A stretch of 64,000 bases of DNA from an uncultured delta proteobacterium (GTDB lineage Bacteria > Myxococcota_A > Polyangia > Polyangiales > Polyangiaceae): contig CAWDXG010000004.1 in assembly GCA_963806225.1 (NCBI GenBank), positions 4,032,001-4,096,000 on the forward strand, read 5' to 3'. Below, piece after piece: positions 56,001-64,000 of the stretch; positions within the stretch are counted from its first letter, which is position 1; the number at the start of each line of letters is the position of its first letter. Below the pieces are notes generated by a model. That model was not told the DNA's origin. It saw only the letters and a program-made list of their open reading frames with translations, and made no database searches. The translations under genes were made by a program, and so were the position numbers.

Positions 56001-57239
56001 CTAGTCGCCGCGCGCCGCGGCGTTGTAGACGCCCTTCGCCATCAGGCTCGTCTCCGCTTCGGCCCGCGCGCTGTACACCTTGCGGCGGACATCGCGGACG
56101 GCCGCGTCGTCCGGCGCGGCGAGCCCTGCGGTCTCGGCCAGGTGACACGCCAGCCGGTGCTGGCCCGCTGCGGAGAGCTCCTGGGCGCGGTCCGCCAGCC
56201 GCGCTGTTCCGCCCGAGAGCGCTGCCAGCTCGCGTGCCAGCTCGACTTCGCGCGCCGGCTTGAGGTGCGCCGGATTGCCGTCGTACCAGCCGCCGTACAA
56301 GCGCCACAGGTTCCGCACGATGAACTCCGGCTCGTCGTACACCGGGCGGAGGTAGGGGCGGGTCAAGAGCCGTTCCGGCGCCTTGACCTCGTGCAGGATG
56401 TCGTTCAGGCGCGCGCCCTGGTTCATCAGCTCGAGCGTGCGGTCGTGCAGGAGCTCGAGCAGCTCCGCCGTCTCGGAAAGCGCCTGGCGGATGCGGTCGG
56501 CACCGACGATGGGTGGACCATGGCCGGGGAACATCGTCTCGGCGCCGAGCGCCGACATCGTTCGCAGGGCGAGCGCCCAGTCGCGCGGATAGCGCTGCAC
56601 CTTCTGCGGATTGCCGCAATTCGGCGATGCCCAGATAAACAGATCACCCGGACACAGCACCTTCCGCCCCGGCATCCACACCCAGGTGTGATCGTCGGTC
56701 TCGCCGCGCGCGTGATGAAGCTCGAAGCGCTCGCCGCCCACCTCGACGGACAGCTCGCGCTGGTACGTCACGTCCGGCATGCGGTAGTCCGTCGGCCACT
56801 TCGTGGCCATGCCGAACTGCCGCGCATTGATGTGCTCGTTGTAGCCGGCGGTCCTGCGGTAGCGCTCGAAGCGATCGGGCACGGCTTCGTGCGCGATCAC
56901 TTCGGGCAACCGCTCGCCTCGCTCGCGCGCCTCGCTTTCGAAGGGATCGAGACCGAAGGCGTGATCCACATGGCCGTGCGTGTAGACCGCCGTGTGCACC
57001 GGCGCCTTCGACCACTCGCGGATGTTCGTGTGATTGTTGGCGGCGAGGAAGAAGCTGCCCGTGTCGATGAGCACGAGCCCTCTGCCGGTCTCGACCGCGG
57101 TCACGTTGGCGAAGCTCGACAGGAAAGCCAGCCCCGGCGCAAATTCCTCGAGCCCGAGCAGCACCGTGAACGGGTGTAGCCCCTCGGTGCTGTCGTCACC
57201 GGTCCAGAGCCGTTCGGCGAGTTCGCTGACCTTGCCCAT
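56001..57239 (-). CDS. Alkyl-sulfatase-like metallo-beta-lactamase-fold hydrolase
   Basis: YTHGHVDHAFG, ARGETDDH, PGDLF, PGHG, dimerisation-domain YGGWYDGNP. Confidence 0.88.
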   Translation of the reverse strand: MGKVSELAERLWTGDDSTEGLHPFTVLLGLEEFAPGLAFLSSFANVTAVETGRGLVLIDTGSFFLAANNHTNIREWSKAPVHTAVYTHGHVDHAFGLDPFESEARERGERLPEVIAHEAVPDRFERYRRTAGYNEHINARQFGMATKWPTDYRMPDVTYQRELSVEVGGERFELHHARGETDDHTWVWMPGRKVLCPGDLFIWASPNCGNPQKVQRYPRDWALALRTMSALGAETMFPGHGPPIVGADRIRQALSETAELLELLHDRTLELMNQGARLNDILHEVKAPERLLTRPYLRPVYDEPEFIVRNLWRLYGGWYDGNPAHLKPAREVELARELAALSGGTARLADRAQELSAAGQHRLACHLAETAGLAAPDDAAVRDVRRKVYSARAEAETSLMAKGVYNAAARGD

Positions 57240-57253
57240 CCTGGGCCCCCTTC

Positions 57254-58006
57254 CTAGAGCTTCGTCTTGTCGATTCCCTCTGCTTCGAGCACCGAATCCT
57301 GCACCTTGCACAGCTCCTCGATGCCTTCCAGGGCCAGGTCGGTCATCGCATCGATGTCGGACCGGGGCACGGCTTCGCCTTCGGCGGTTCCCTGGATCTC
57401 GACGATACCGCCGCGCGCCGTGGCGACTACGTTCAGATCGACGCGCGCGGTGCTGTCCTCGGCATAGCAGAGGTCGAGAGCGTACGCGTCGTCGACGTGT
57501 CCGACGCTCACGGCAGCGACCTGGTCGCGCATCACTGCGCGGTCGAGGCGCCGCTGGCGGCGGATCTCGTTCAGGGCGAGCGCTAGAGCGATCCAGCCGC
57601 CGGTGACCGAGGCGGTGCGGGTGCCGCCGTCGGCCTCCAGCACATCGCAGTCGATGACGATGCTGCGCTCGCCGAGCTTGTCGAGGTCGACCGCCGCGCG
57701 CAGGGAGCGCCCGATGAGCCGCTGGATCTCCCGCGCCCGACCACCGAGCGGCTTGTTGCGACCGTCGCGGCTCTCGCGGCGCTTGGGGTTGGCGCGCGGG
57801 TGCATCTGGTATTCCGCAGTGACCCAGCCGCGCCCCTTGCCCTTGAGGAACTCGGGGACGGAGTCGTCGATCGAGGCGGTGCACAGAACCACCGTGCCGC
57901 CGGCACGATACAGCACCGAGCCTTCACTCAGCCGGTGGAAGCCCGGCGTGACTTCCACCGGGCGGATGATCCTGAGGTCGCGTCCTCCGCGCTTGTCCTT
58001 GGCCAT
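57254..58006 (-). CDS. rph: Ribonuclease PH
   Basis: GWVTAEY.M.P, EIQRLIGRSLR, DCDVLEADGGTRTAS, EIQGTAEG. Confidence 0.97.
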   Translation of the reverse strand: MAKDKRGGRDLRIIRPVEVTPGFHRLSEGSVLYRAGGTVVLCTASIDDSVPEFLKGKGRGWVTAEYQMHPRANPKRRESRDGRNKPLGGRAREIQRLIGRSLRAAVDLDKLGERSIVIDCDVLEADGGTRTASVTGGWIALALALNEIRRQRRLDRAVMRDQVAAVSVGHVDDAYALDLCYAEDSTARVDLNVVATARGGIVEIQGTAEGEAVPRSDIDAMTDLALEGIEELCKVQDSVLEAEGIDKTKL

Positions 58007-58104
58007 AGCCCCCGGCCCATAACACGAAGCGTGCCCGACGGCTGCAACCGGCGGCGAGGTTCTACTGCTTGCGCCGATGCGGGTCGGGAATCAATATCGA
58101 GGAG

Positions 58105-58836
58105 GTGGCCACGACCGAGAGCGAGAGCGAGCACCCGGCGCCCGCGGTCCCTCCACTGAAGCTCTCCGAGGTGTTCGAGAGCCTGCAGGGCGAGGGGCCG
58201 AGCGCGGGCGAACCGTGCGTCTTCGTCAGGCTCGCCACGTGCAATCTGCGCTGCAGCTGGTGCGATACCCGGTACACCTGGGACTGGCAGAGCTACGACT
58301 ACGATACCGAGGTGAAGCTGGAGAGCGTGAGCGAAGTGTCGGCGCGGCTTTCGTCGGCGCGCACGCGCCGCCTCGTGCTCACTGGTGGCGAGCCGCTGCT
58401 GCAGCAACCCGCGTTGCTCGAGCTTCTGTCGCACATGCCGGGGACCGTCTTCGTGGAGGTCGAGACGAACGGGACGCTCGCGCCGCGTCCCGAGCTGATC
58501 GAGCGCGTGGATCAATGGAACGTCTCGCCCAAGCTCTCGAACGGAGGCGACGTGGAACGCCTGCGGATCAAGCCGGCGGCGCTCCGGGTCCTGCGCGACA
58601 CCGGCCGCGCGTGGCTCAAGCTGGTCATCCGCGGCGAGCAGGACCTCGGCGAGGCCGAAGCAGTGGTGGGTCTGAGCGGGTGGCCACGGGAACGAGTGAT
58701 GCTGATGCCCCAGGCACAGAACCGACAGGAGCTCGGAGAGCGCTCGCCGGACGTGGCGGCGGCCTGCGTGGCGACGGGCTATCGCTTCTCGCCGCGCCTG
58801 CACCTCGAGCTGTACGACGGCCGGCGCGGAACCTAG
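58105..58836 (+). CDS. queE: 7-carboxy-7-deazaguanine synthase
   Basis: [46 protein letters not shown]. Confidence 0.93.
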   Translation: MATTESESEHPAPAVPPLKLSEVFESLQGEGPSAGEPCVFVRLATCNLRCSWCDTRYTWDWQSYDYDTEVKLESVSEVSARLSSARTRRLVLTGGEPLLQQPALLELLSHMPGTVFVEVETNGTLAPRPELIERVDQWNVSPKLSNGGDVERLRIKPAALRVLRDTGRAWLKLVIRGEQDLGEAEAVVGLSGWPRERVMLMPQAQNRQELGERSPDVAAACVATGYRFSPRLHLELYDGRRGT

Positions 58837-59516
58837 CGCTGGGCGCCCAGCTTGCCGCGCGGACCGCGCCGCGAGAGCCACTCGACGATGAAGACGGCGA
58901 CGAAGCCGAGCGCCACGGCGATCCACAAGAGCGCGCGCGCTTCGCCGGGGCGACCCGCCTGCTCCGCGCTGAAGATGGCGAGCGACAGCGTCTGGGTCTT
59001 GCCCGGGATGTTGCCGGCCACGATCACGGTCGCACCGAACTCGCCGAGCGCGCGCGAAAATCCGAGGATCAGCCCGGCAAGCAGGCCGCGCGCAGCGAGC
59101 GGCAGCGTGATGCGCACGAAGGTCTCCCCGGCGCCGAAGCCGAGCGTGCGCGCCATGCTCTCGAGCCGCGGATCGACCCCCTCGAACGCGACCCGCGCCG
59201 TACGCACGACCAGTGGCCATGCCATCACCGACGACGCGATGACCGCGCCCTTCCAGGTGAGCAGAAGATCCAGGTCGAAGCCCAGCGTCTGCACGCCGAG
59301 CGGGCCGTCTACGGCCAGCGTGCTGAGCAGCAGATAGCCGACGGCCGTCGGCGGCAGCACTAGTGGCAGCGCGACGAGTGTCTCCACGACGCTCTTTCCG
59401 AAGAAGCTGCGCCGCGCGAGCAGGTACGCGACCAGCACTGCGGGCACGGCGATCAGCAGAATCGCGCTGGAAGCGATCTGCAGGGTCAGAAGCAGCGTCG
59501 TGCCGGGATCCGCCAT
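58833..59516 (-). CDS. modB: Molybdate ABC transporter permease
   Basis: [36 protein letters not shown]. Confidence 0.95.
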   Translation of the reverse strand: MADPGTTLLLTLQIASSAILLIAVPAVLVAYLLARRSFFGKSVVETLVALPLVLPPTAVGYLLLSTLAVDGPLGVQTLGFDLDLLLTWKGAVIASSVMAWPLVVRTARVAFEGVDPRLESMARTLGFGAGETFVRITLPLAARGLLAGLILGFSRALGEFGATVIVAGNIPGKTQTLSLAIFSAEQAGRPGEARALLWIAVALGFVAVFIVEWLSRRGPRGKLGAQR

Positions 59517-59567
59517 GTCGAGCAGCTACGCCTCCTGCCTACCCCGCCGTTATCCAGTCCCGGTCCG

Positions 59568-60377
59568 CTACTTCTCCGCTACCGGGTGCAGCATGCCGAA
59601 ACCCCAGCGCTTGTATACGGCCGCGGCGTCCGGGGTCTCCAGATAGGCGAGCAGCGCCTTGGCTTCGCCCGGGTGCGGCCGACCGCCGATCTGCGCTACC
59701 GGGTAGCGGATAGGCGGCCCCTGGTCGACGGGCACCCGGTACAGCGCCTTGACGCCCTGGCTCTGCACCAGGTCGGACGAATACACGATGCCGAGCCGGC
59801 GCGGGTCGGCGGCGACCGCAGCCAGCGCCGCGCGCACGTCGAGCGCCGGCACGAGCTTCGGCTTGACCGCATCCCACAGCGTGCCGCCCTGATAGCGGAT
59901 GCCCTCGAGGTAGTGCTTCGCGTAGCGGCCCGCCGGGACCGCATCGGGCTGGGCCAGCACCAGATGCTCGTAGCGCGCCGTCGCCAGATCGACGGGCTTG
60001 CCGATCTTCACCTTGCTTTCCCTGCGTGCCACCACGACCAGCGCGTTGGTCAGGAGCGAGCGGCGGGAGCCAGGAACGAGCAGCTGCTTCTTTTCGAGGT
60101 AATCCATCCACTTCTCGTCTGCCGAGAAGTAGACGTCCGCACCCCGCGAGCTGGCAATCTGTCGAGCCAGCGCGTTCGAGCCGGCGAAGTTCAGCTCGAC
60201 GGCCACGTCGGGATGCTCCGCCTGGTAGCGCCTGGCCAGCTCGTGCATCGCGTCCTGCAGGCTCGCAGCGGCAAACAGACGGAGCTCCGTCTTGTCGTGG
60301 CGGTGGCAGCCCGGGGCAGCGCACAGCAGCGGCGCCAGCACAAGCAGGCACCAGAGACGCCGTAGGAAGACTCTCAT
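59568..60377 (-). CDS. modA: Molybdate ABC transporter substrate-binding protein
   Basis: FAAASL, FAGSNALARQI, ADVYFSA, VPAGRYA, GIVYSSD, IRYPVA. Confidence 0.93.
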   Translation of the reverse strand: MRVFLRRLWCLLVLAPLLCAAPGCHRHDKTELRLFAAASLQDAMHELARRYQAEHPDVAVELNFAGSNALARQIASSRGADVYFSADEKWMDYLEKKQLLVPGSRRSLLTNALVVVARRESKVKIGKPVDLATARYEHLVLAQPDAVPAGRYAKHYLEGIRYQGGTLWDAVKPKLVPALDVRAALAAVAADPRRLGIVYSSDLVQSQGVKALYRVPVDQGPPIRYPVAQIGGRPHPGEAKALLAYLETPDAAAVYKRWGFGMLHPVAEK

Positions 60378-60502
60378 GTCGGCCGATCGTGGCACATCCC
60401 GCTCGGCTCCTGGCCGAGGCCGCAGCGACTGCCGTAGGGCTGCACCCACCCGCCGGCTGGACGGCCTGTTCAGGCGGGGCCGGCTCGCGTAGTCTCGACG
60501 GC

Positions 60503-62386
60503 ATGTGGGAAGCGATGGTGCGCGCGGGGGCAGTGGCGCTGGCTTGCCTGGGGCTGGCGGCGGGCTGCTCGTCCGGCAAGAGCACGAGCAGCGCGAGCGG
60601 CGGCTACTGCGAAAAGCAGCCTGCTGGCGACAGCTACAACGACAAGCTCGGCTGCGACCAGCGCTGCCCCGGCGACAAGGGCTGCGCGAAGAGCAGCGAC
60701 CCGACCTTCTATGCGGGCGCCGCCATCGAGGACATCACGCCCAAGGTCGACTACGTCGTGGCCTGGGCCCCGGGGCGCGAGAACGAGAACTCGTTCAACC
60801 CACAGCTCGGCGACAAGTGCGTCGAGAAGGCGACCTGCGACCTCTCGAATCCCGCAAGCTGCCCTGCGGTGGATCCCACGCAGTGCACGTGGATGGCCGG
60901 GTTCGGGATCGGTCGCCCCGCCGAGGGCGTCGCGGACCAGACCAACGTGCGCTGCATCGTGATGAAGCAGGGCAACACCAAGCTCGGCATGTGCTCGGTG
61001 GACGCGATCGGCTGGTTCTACAACGAGGTCCAGCGCACGCGCGATCTGATCCAGCAGAAGTACCCGGATCTCGATCTCGACTACCTCGCGGTGGCCGCCG
61101 AGCACGATCACGAGACCCAGGACGTGATGGGCCAGTGGGGTCCGGTCGATGGGCAGAGCGGCGTCAAGAAGGACTACAACGCCATGATCCGCGAGAAGAC
61201 CGCGGCAGCGCTGGACAAGGCGGACAAGGCGCTAGAGCCGGTGCACCTCGAGTTCGGCGCCAGCACCGTGGACGGCCACATCAAGGAGACGGACCCGGCA
61301 GGCAACAAGACCGCGGCGTTCGTCAGCGACGTGCGCGATCCGGTGGTCCTCGACAACCAGCTGAGGACGATCCGCTTCGTTTCCACCAAGGACAGCTCCA
61401 CCGTCGCTACGATGATCAACTGGTGCAGCCACCCGGAGTTCTCCGACGACAAGAACATGATGATCACGGCCGACTACGTGCACACGCTGCGCGAAGGCGT
61501 GGAAAAGGGCCTCGACATCAAGGACTCGTCCGGCAAGCAGATCTACAAAGCGGATGGCGTCGGCGGGATCGCCGTCTTCTTCAACGGCGCGCTGGGCGGC
61601 CAGGTCGGCCCCGGCGAGGTGCAGCACGTCGACTGGGAAGGCAACCCGGTGCCCGAAGGCATCCAGCGGGCGTACAACGACGGACAGCTACTGGCGGCGT
61701 ATGCGCTCGAATCACTGCACAAGGGCGTGGACGCGCGCGAGACGGCCGCACTCGGTTTCAGGTCGCGCGAGATCTATCTCACCGTGAAGAACGCCGCGTT
61801 CCACATCGCGATCGCCCAGCAGCTGTTCGACCGCGACGGCGAGCTCTACGACAAGACGGTGCCGCTCGGCGAAGGCAACGAGCCCCAGATCCGCTCACAG
61901 ATCTTCGTGCTCGACGTCGGGCCAGCCGAGCTGGTCAGCGTCCCGGGCGAGTTGGATGCCGAGCTGCTGCTCGCCACGCGCGATGGCACCACGTCGCTCG
62001 ACAAGCCGTACCCGTTCACGCCGGAGCCGTACCACGTGCTCAACGACCCGCAGCACAACCCCCAGTGCGGCCAGGACGGCCACTCGCGCTGCGACGACGG
62101 CCCACCGGACATCTCCAGGATGGACCGCAGCAAGGTCATCGACCTCGCCCGCGATCCGGACGCCAAGTACCGCTGGGTGATCGGCCTCGGGCAGGACGAG
62201 CTCGGCTACGTGGTTCCGGAATACGACTACAAGCTCGACCCGCAGGACCCGTACTTCAGCGAGGCCTCACCGGGTGATCACTACGAAGAGACCAACTCGG
62301 TCGGGCCCAACGTGCAGCACGACACGGTCGACCCGATCCTGCAGCTACTGCGCTCGCCACCGGTGATCCAGCGCGAGCCGCTGTAG
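60503..62386 (+). CDS. Neutral/alkaline ceramidase-superfamily lipoprotein
   Basis: Lipobox AAGC, GAAIEDITP, MAGFG..R, EHDHE..D, NWCSHPE, GLGQDELGY, HYEETNS. TAGTCT lies 7 nt before the ATG. Confidence 0.72.
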   Translation: MWEAMVRAGAVALACLGLAAGCSSGKSTSSASGGYCEKQPAGDSYNDKLGCDQRCPGDKGCAKSSDPTFYAGAAIEDITPKVDYVVAWAPGRENENSFNPQLGDKCVEKATCDLSNPASCPAVDPTQCTWMAGFGIGRPAEGVADQTNVRCIVMKQGNTKLGMCSVDAIGWFYNEVQRTRDLIQQKYPDLDLDYLAVAAEHDHETQDVMGQWGPVDGQSGVKKDYNAMIREKTAAALDKADKALEPVHLEFGASTVDGHIKETDPAGNKTAAFVSDVRDPVVLDNQLRTIRFVSTKDSSTVATMINWCSHPEFSDDKNMMITADYVHTLREGVEKGLDIKDSSGKQIYKADGVGGIAVFFNGALGGQVGPGEVQHVDWEGNPVPEGIQRAYNDGQLLAAYALESLHKGVDARETAALGFRSREIYLTVKNAAFHIAIAQQLFDRDGELYDKTVPLGEGNEPQIRSQIFVLDVGPAELVSVPGELDAELLLATRDGTTSLDKPYPFTPEPYHVLNDPQHNPQCGQDGHSRCDDGPPDISRMDRSKVIDLARDPDAKYRWVIGLGQDELGYVVPEYDYKLDPQDPYFSEASPGDHYEETNSVGPNVQHDTVDPILQLLRSPPVIQREPL

Positions 62387-62414
62387 CCCGGAACCCGAGC
62401 CCGTTCTGGAACGG

Positions 62415-63998
62415 CTAGCGGATGTCGCCCCACACGGTCAACGCGCTGGCCGTGTCGACGTTGATGCGCGCCGGCTCGCGCGGCGTGCGCACCACGGTCG
62501 CCGCCGTCTCCGCGTCGAACGTCCATTGCCAGGCGGAGCGGGCAGCGATCGGTTCGGCATCGAGCACGTCGTTGACGCAGGCGGGGTCGATGTCGAGCCG
62601 GCACAGGCTCGGCGTCCGGCCGAGCCTCCCCTGGAGCCGCCACGAGCCGAAGCGCGTCGAGTAGTGCTCGCCGAGCGTGGCGATCAGCGGGCGGCCCACC
62701 ACCGGCAGCACCCCCGACGCGCCGGCATACAGGTCGATTCCGCTGACGTGCTCGGGCAGGTCGAGTCCCAGCGCATCGAGCACCGTGCGTGCGATATCGA
62801 CCGCTGTGGCCGGCACCTGCGTCCGCTTGCCAGCCCGCGCGTTGCCGGGGAACTTGACGATCAGCGGCAGCAGCAGACGGCCCTCGGTGAGGGAACCGGC
62901 GGGCTGGAACGGTATCCTGGGCGGCGCCCCGGCGCCGACGTCGCCAACGAACATGAACAGCGTTCGATCCCACGCGCCCTTGTTCTTCAGAACCGCCACG
63001 AGCTTCATGAGCGCCGCGTTCTGCTTCAGCATGGCCGCCTTCTCGGCGGCGCGAAGCCGGGACCAGTCGTCGTCGGTCAACCGGCGCCGTCGCCGGCTGC
63101 GACGCGCGCGGATCTTCGCGAGAATGATGCCGGCCCGCCGCGCATCCAGCACACCGCCGTACTCCGGGGGTGGCAATTTCGTCATCTCGTCGCGTGTCAG
63201 GTCCCAGGGCGGGTGCATGCCGCGGGTGTGGATCACCACGAGCCTCAGCGCGGGCTCCTCTGACAGCTCGTGATCGAGCCAGTCCGCCGCCTCGGTGATC
63301 GGCGCGGATGCGGGCAGATCCTTCACCGGCGAGAAGCTCTTGAACCGGTCCCAACCGCGATCGAAACCGAACGCCGGAAACGTCGTCGGCACACCGGTGA
63401 ACATGGCGGTGCGACCGCTCGCTTCCTTGACGATCGAGTTGATGGTGCGCACCGAGGCCGGCAGGCGCGCGGCGTGGTCCTCCAGCGAATGCGCGCGCGG
63501 GGGGAGCCCGCTGAGCATCGAAGCGACCACGCCCGCGGGTACGGTCGTCGGAGCGCGGTAGTGGTCGAACGCGACGCCTTGCCGCGTCAGCTCGCCGAGA
63601 GCGCTCAGCTCGCCGATGGGTCCCCAGGGCGGAATGCCGTTGCGATCGAGCCCTGAAGCGATGACGAGAACAACCGTGTCGGTGTGCGGCGTCCGTCCAG
63701 GCGCCGGCCCGGCATGGACGATCGCGGGCTCGCCGAACACGATGCGGCCACCGCGCGTGGCGTCAAGAGCCCGGAGCTCCAGGGCGACCAGCTTGCCAGC
63801 GAAGCGGCCCAGATCGAGATCGAGCGGCGTCCACGTCGCACCGCTGCCACCGGTCACCTTGCGTTGCTTCAGCGTCACCGGCGGCTGCCCGTCCGCCACC
63901 ACCCGCACCTCGGCCTGGCCCTTGCCGGAACCCCAGAAACCCAGACTGACGCGCAGCTTCGCATCCGGCGCGACCCGCATCGGGCAGCGCACGGTGCT
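62415..63998 (-). CDS. Sulfatase / alkaline-phosphatase-fold protein with degenerate motifs; 5'-partial
   Basis: GVAFDHY, ASMLSGLPP, FGFDRGWD, HPPW, LPLIVKFP, DIARTVLDALG..GIDL. Confidence 0.72.
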   Translation of the reverse strand, partial: STVRCPMRVAPDAKLRVSLGFWGSGKGQAEVRVVADGQPPVTLKQRKVTGGSGATWTPLDLDLGRFAGKLVALELRALDATRGGRIVFGEPAIVHAGPAPGRTPHTDTVVLVIASGLDRNGIPPWGPIGELSALGELTRQGVAFDHYRAPTTVPAGVVASMLSGLPPRAHSLEDHAARLPASVRTINSIVKEASGRTAMFTGVPTTFPAFGFDRGWDRFKSFSPVKDLPASAPITEAADWLDHELSEEPALRLVVIHTRGMHPPWDLTRDEMTKLPPPEYGGVLDARRAGIILAKIRARRSRRRRRLTDDDWSRLRAAEKAAMLKQNAALMKLVAVLKNKGAWDRTLFMFVGDVGAGAPPRIPFQPAGSLTEGRLLLPLIVKFPGNARAGKRTQVPATAVDIARTVLDALGLDLPEHVSGIDLYAGASGVLPVVGRPLIATLGEHYSTRFGSWRLQGRLGRTPSLCRLDIDPACVNDVLDAEPIAARSAWQWTFDAETAATVVRTPREPARINVDTASALTVWGDIR

Positions 63999-64000
63999 GG

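Noticed and set aside
58056..58100. preQ1 riboswitch before queE (GAGGTTCTA resembles the class I 5' motif)
   Set aside because: No complementary CCTC strand to close P1 and no A-rich 3' tail.

Overview
A GC-rich bacterial chromosomal segment, almost certainly from a myxobacterium (Polyangiaceae/Sorangiineae-like). The assignment is inferred from two MYXO-CTERM-type C-terminal anchors, an AgmX/PglI-type TonB-C lipoprotein, two membrane Ser/Thr kinases, a DUF4388-DnaJ-TPR protein and a CdnL-type CarD. About 57 CDS are supportable. Housekeeping genes (coaD, ppx/gppA, carD/cdnL, rnc, trmL, rph, queE, modAB, dcp, amrS) are interleaved with many secreted, lipoprotein and outer-membrane proteins of unknown function. 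I saw no rRNA, tRNA, CRISPR array, transposase, integrase, reverse transcriptase or prophage. The most unusual signals are: (1) a ~430-nt hairpin-dense non-coding region next to a 62-aa histone-H1-like gene; (2) tandem sigma70 promoters and a long, structured 5' leader ahead of cdnL; (3) a LamG lipoprotein / Ser-Thr kinase / Cys-rich PEGA protein cassette that may be a trans-envelope signalling module; (4) two divergent genes whose start codons overlap in one ACATGT palindrome; (5) widespread leaderless-type promoters; (6) a sigma54-driven pair of paralogous outer-membrane proteins; and (7) an orphan HxsC-like radical SAM enzyme. All family assignments come from recognising motifs by eye; no database searches or folding programs were run.
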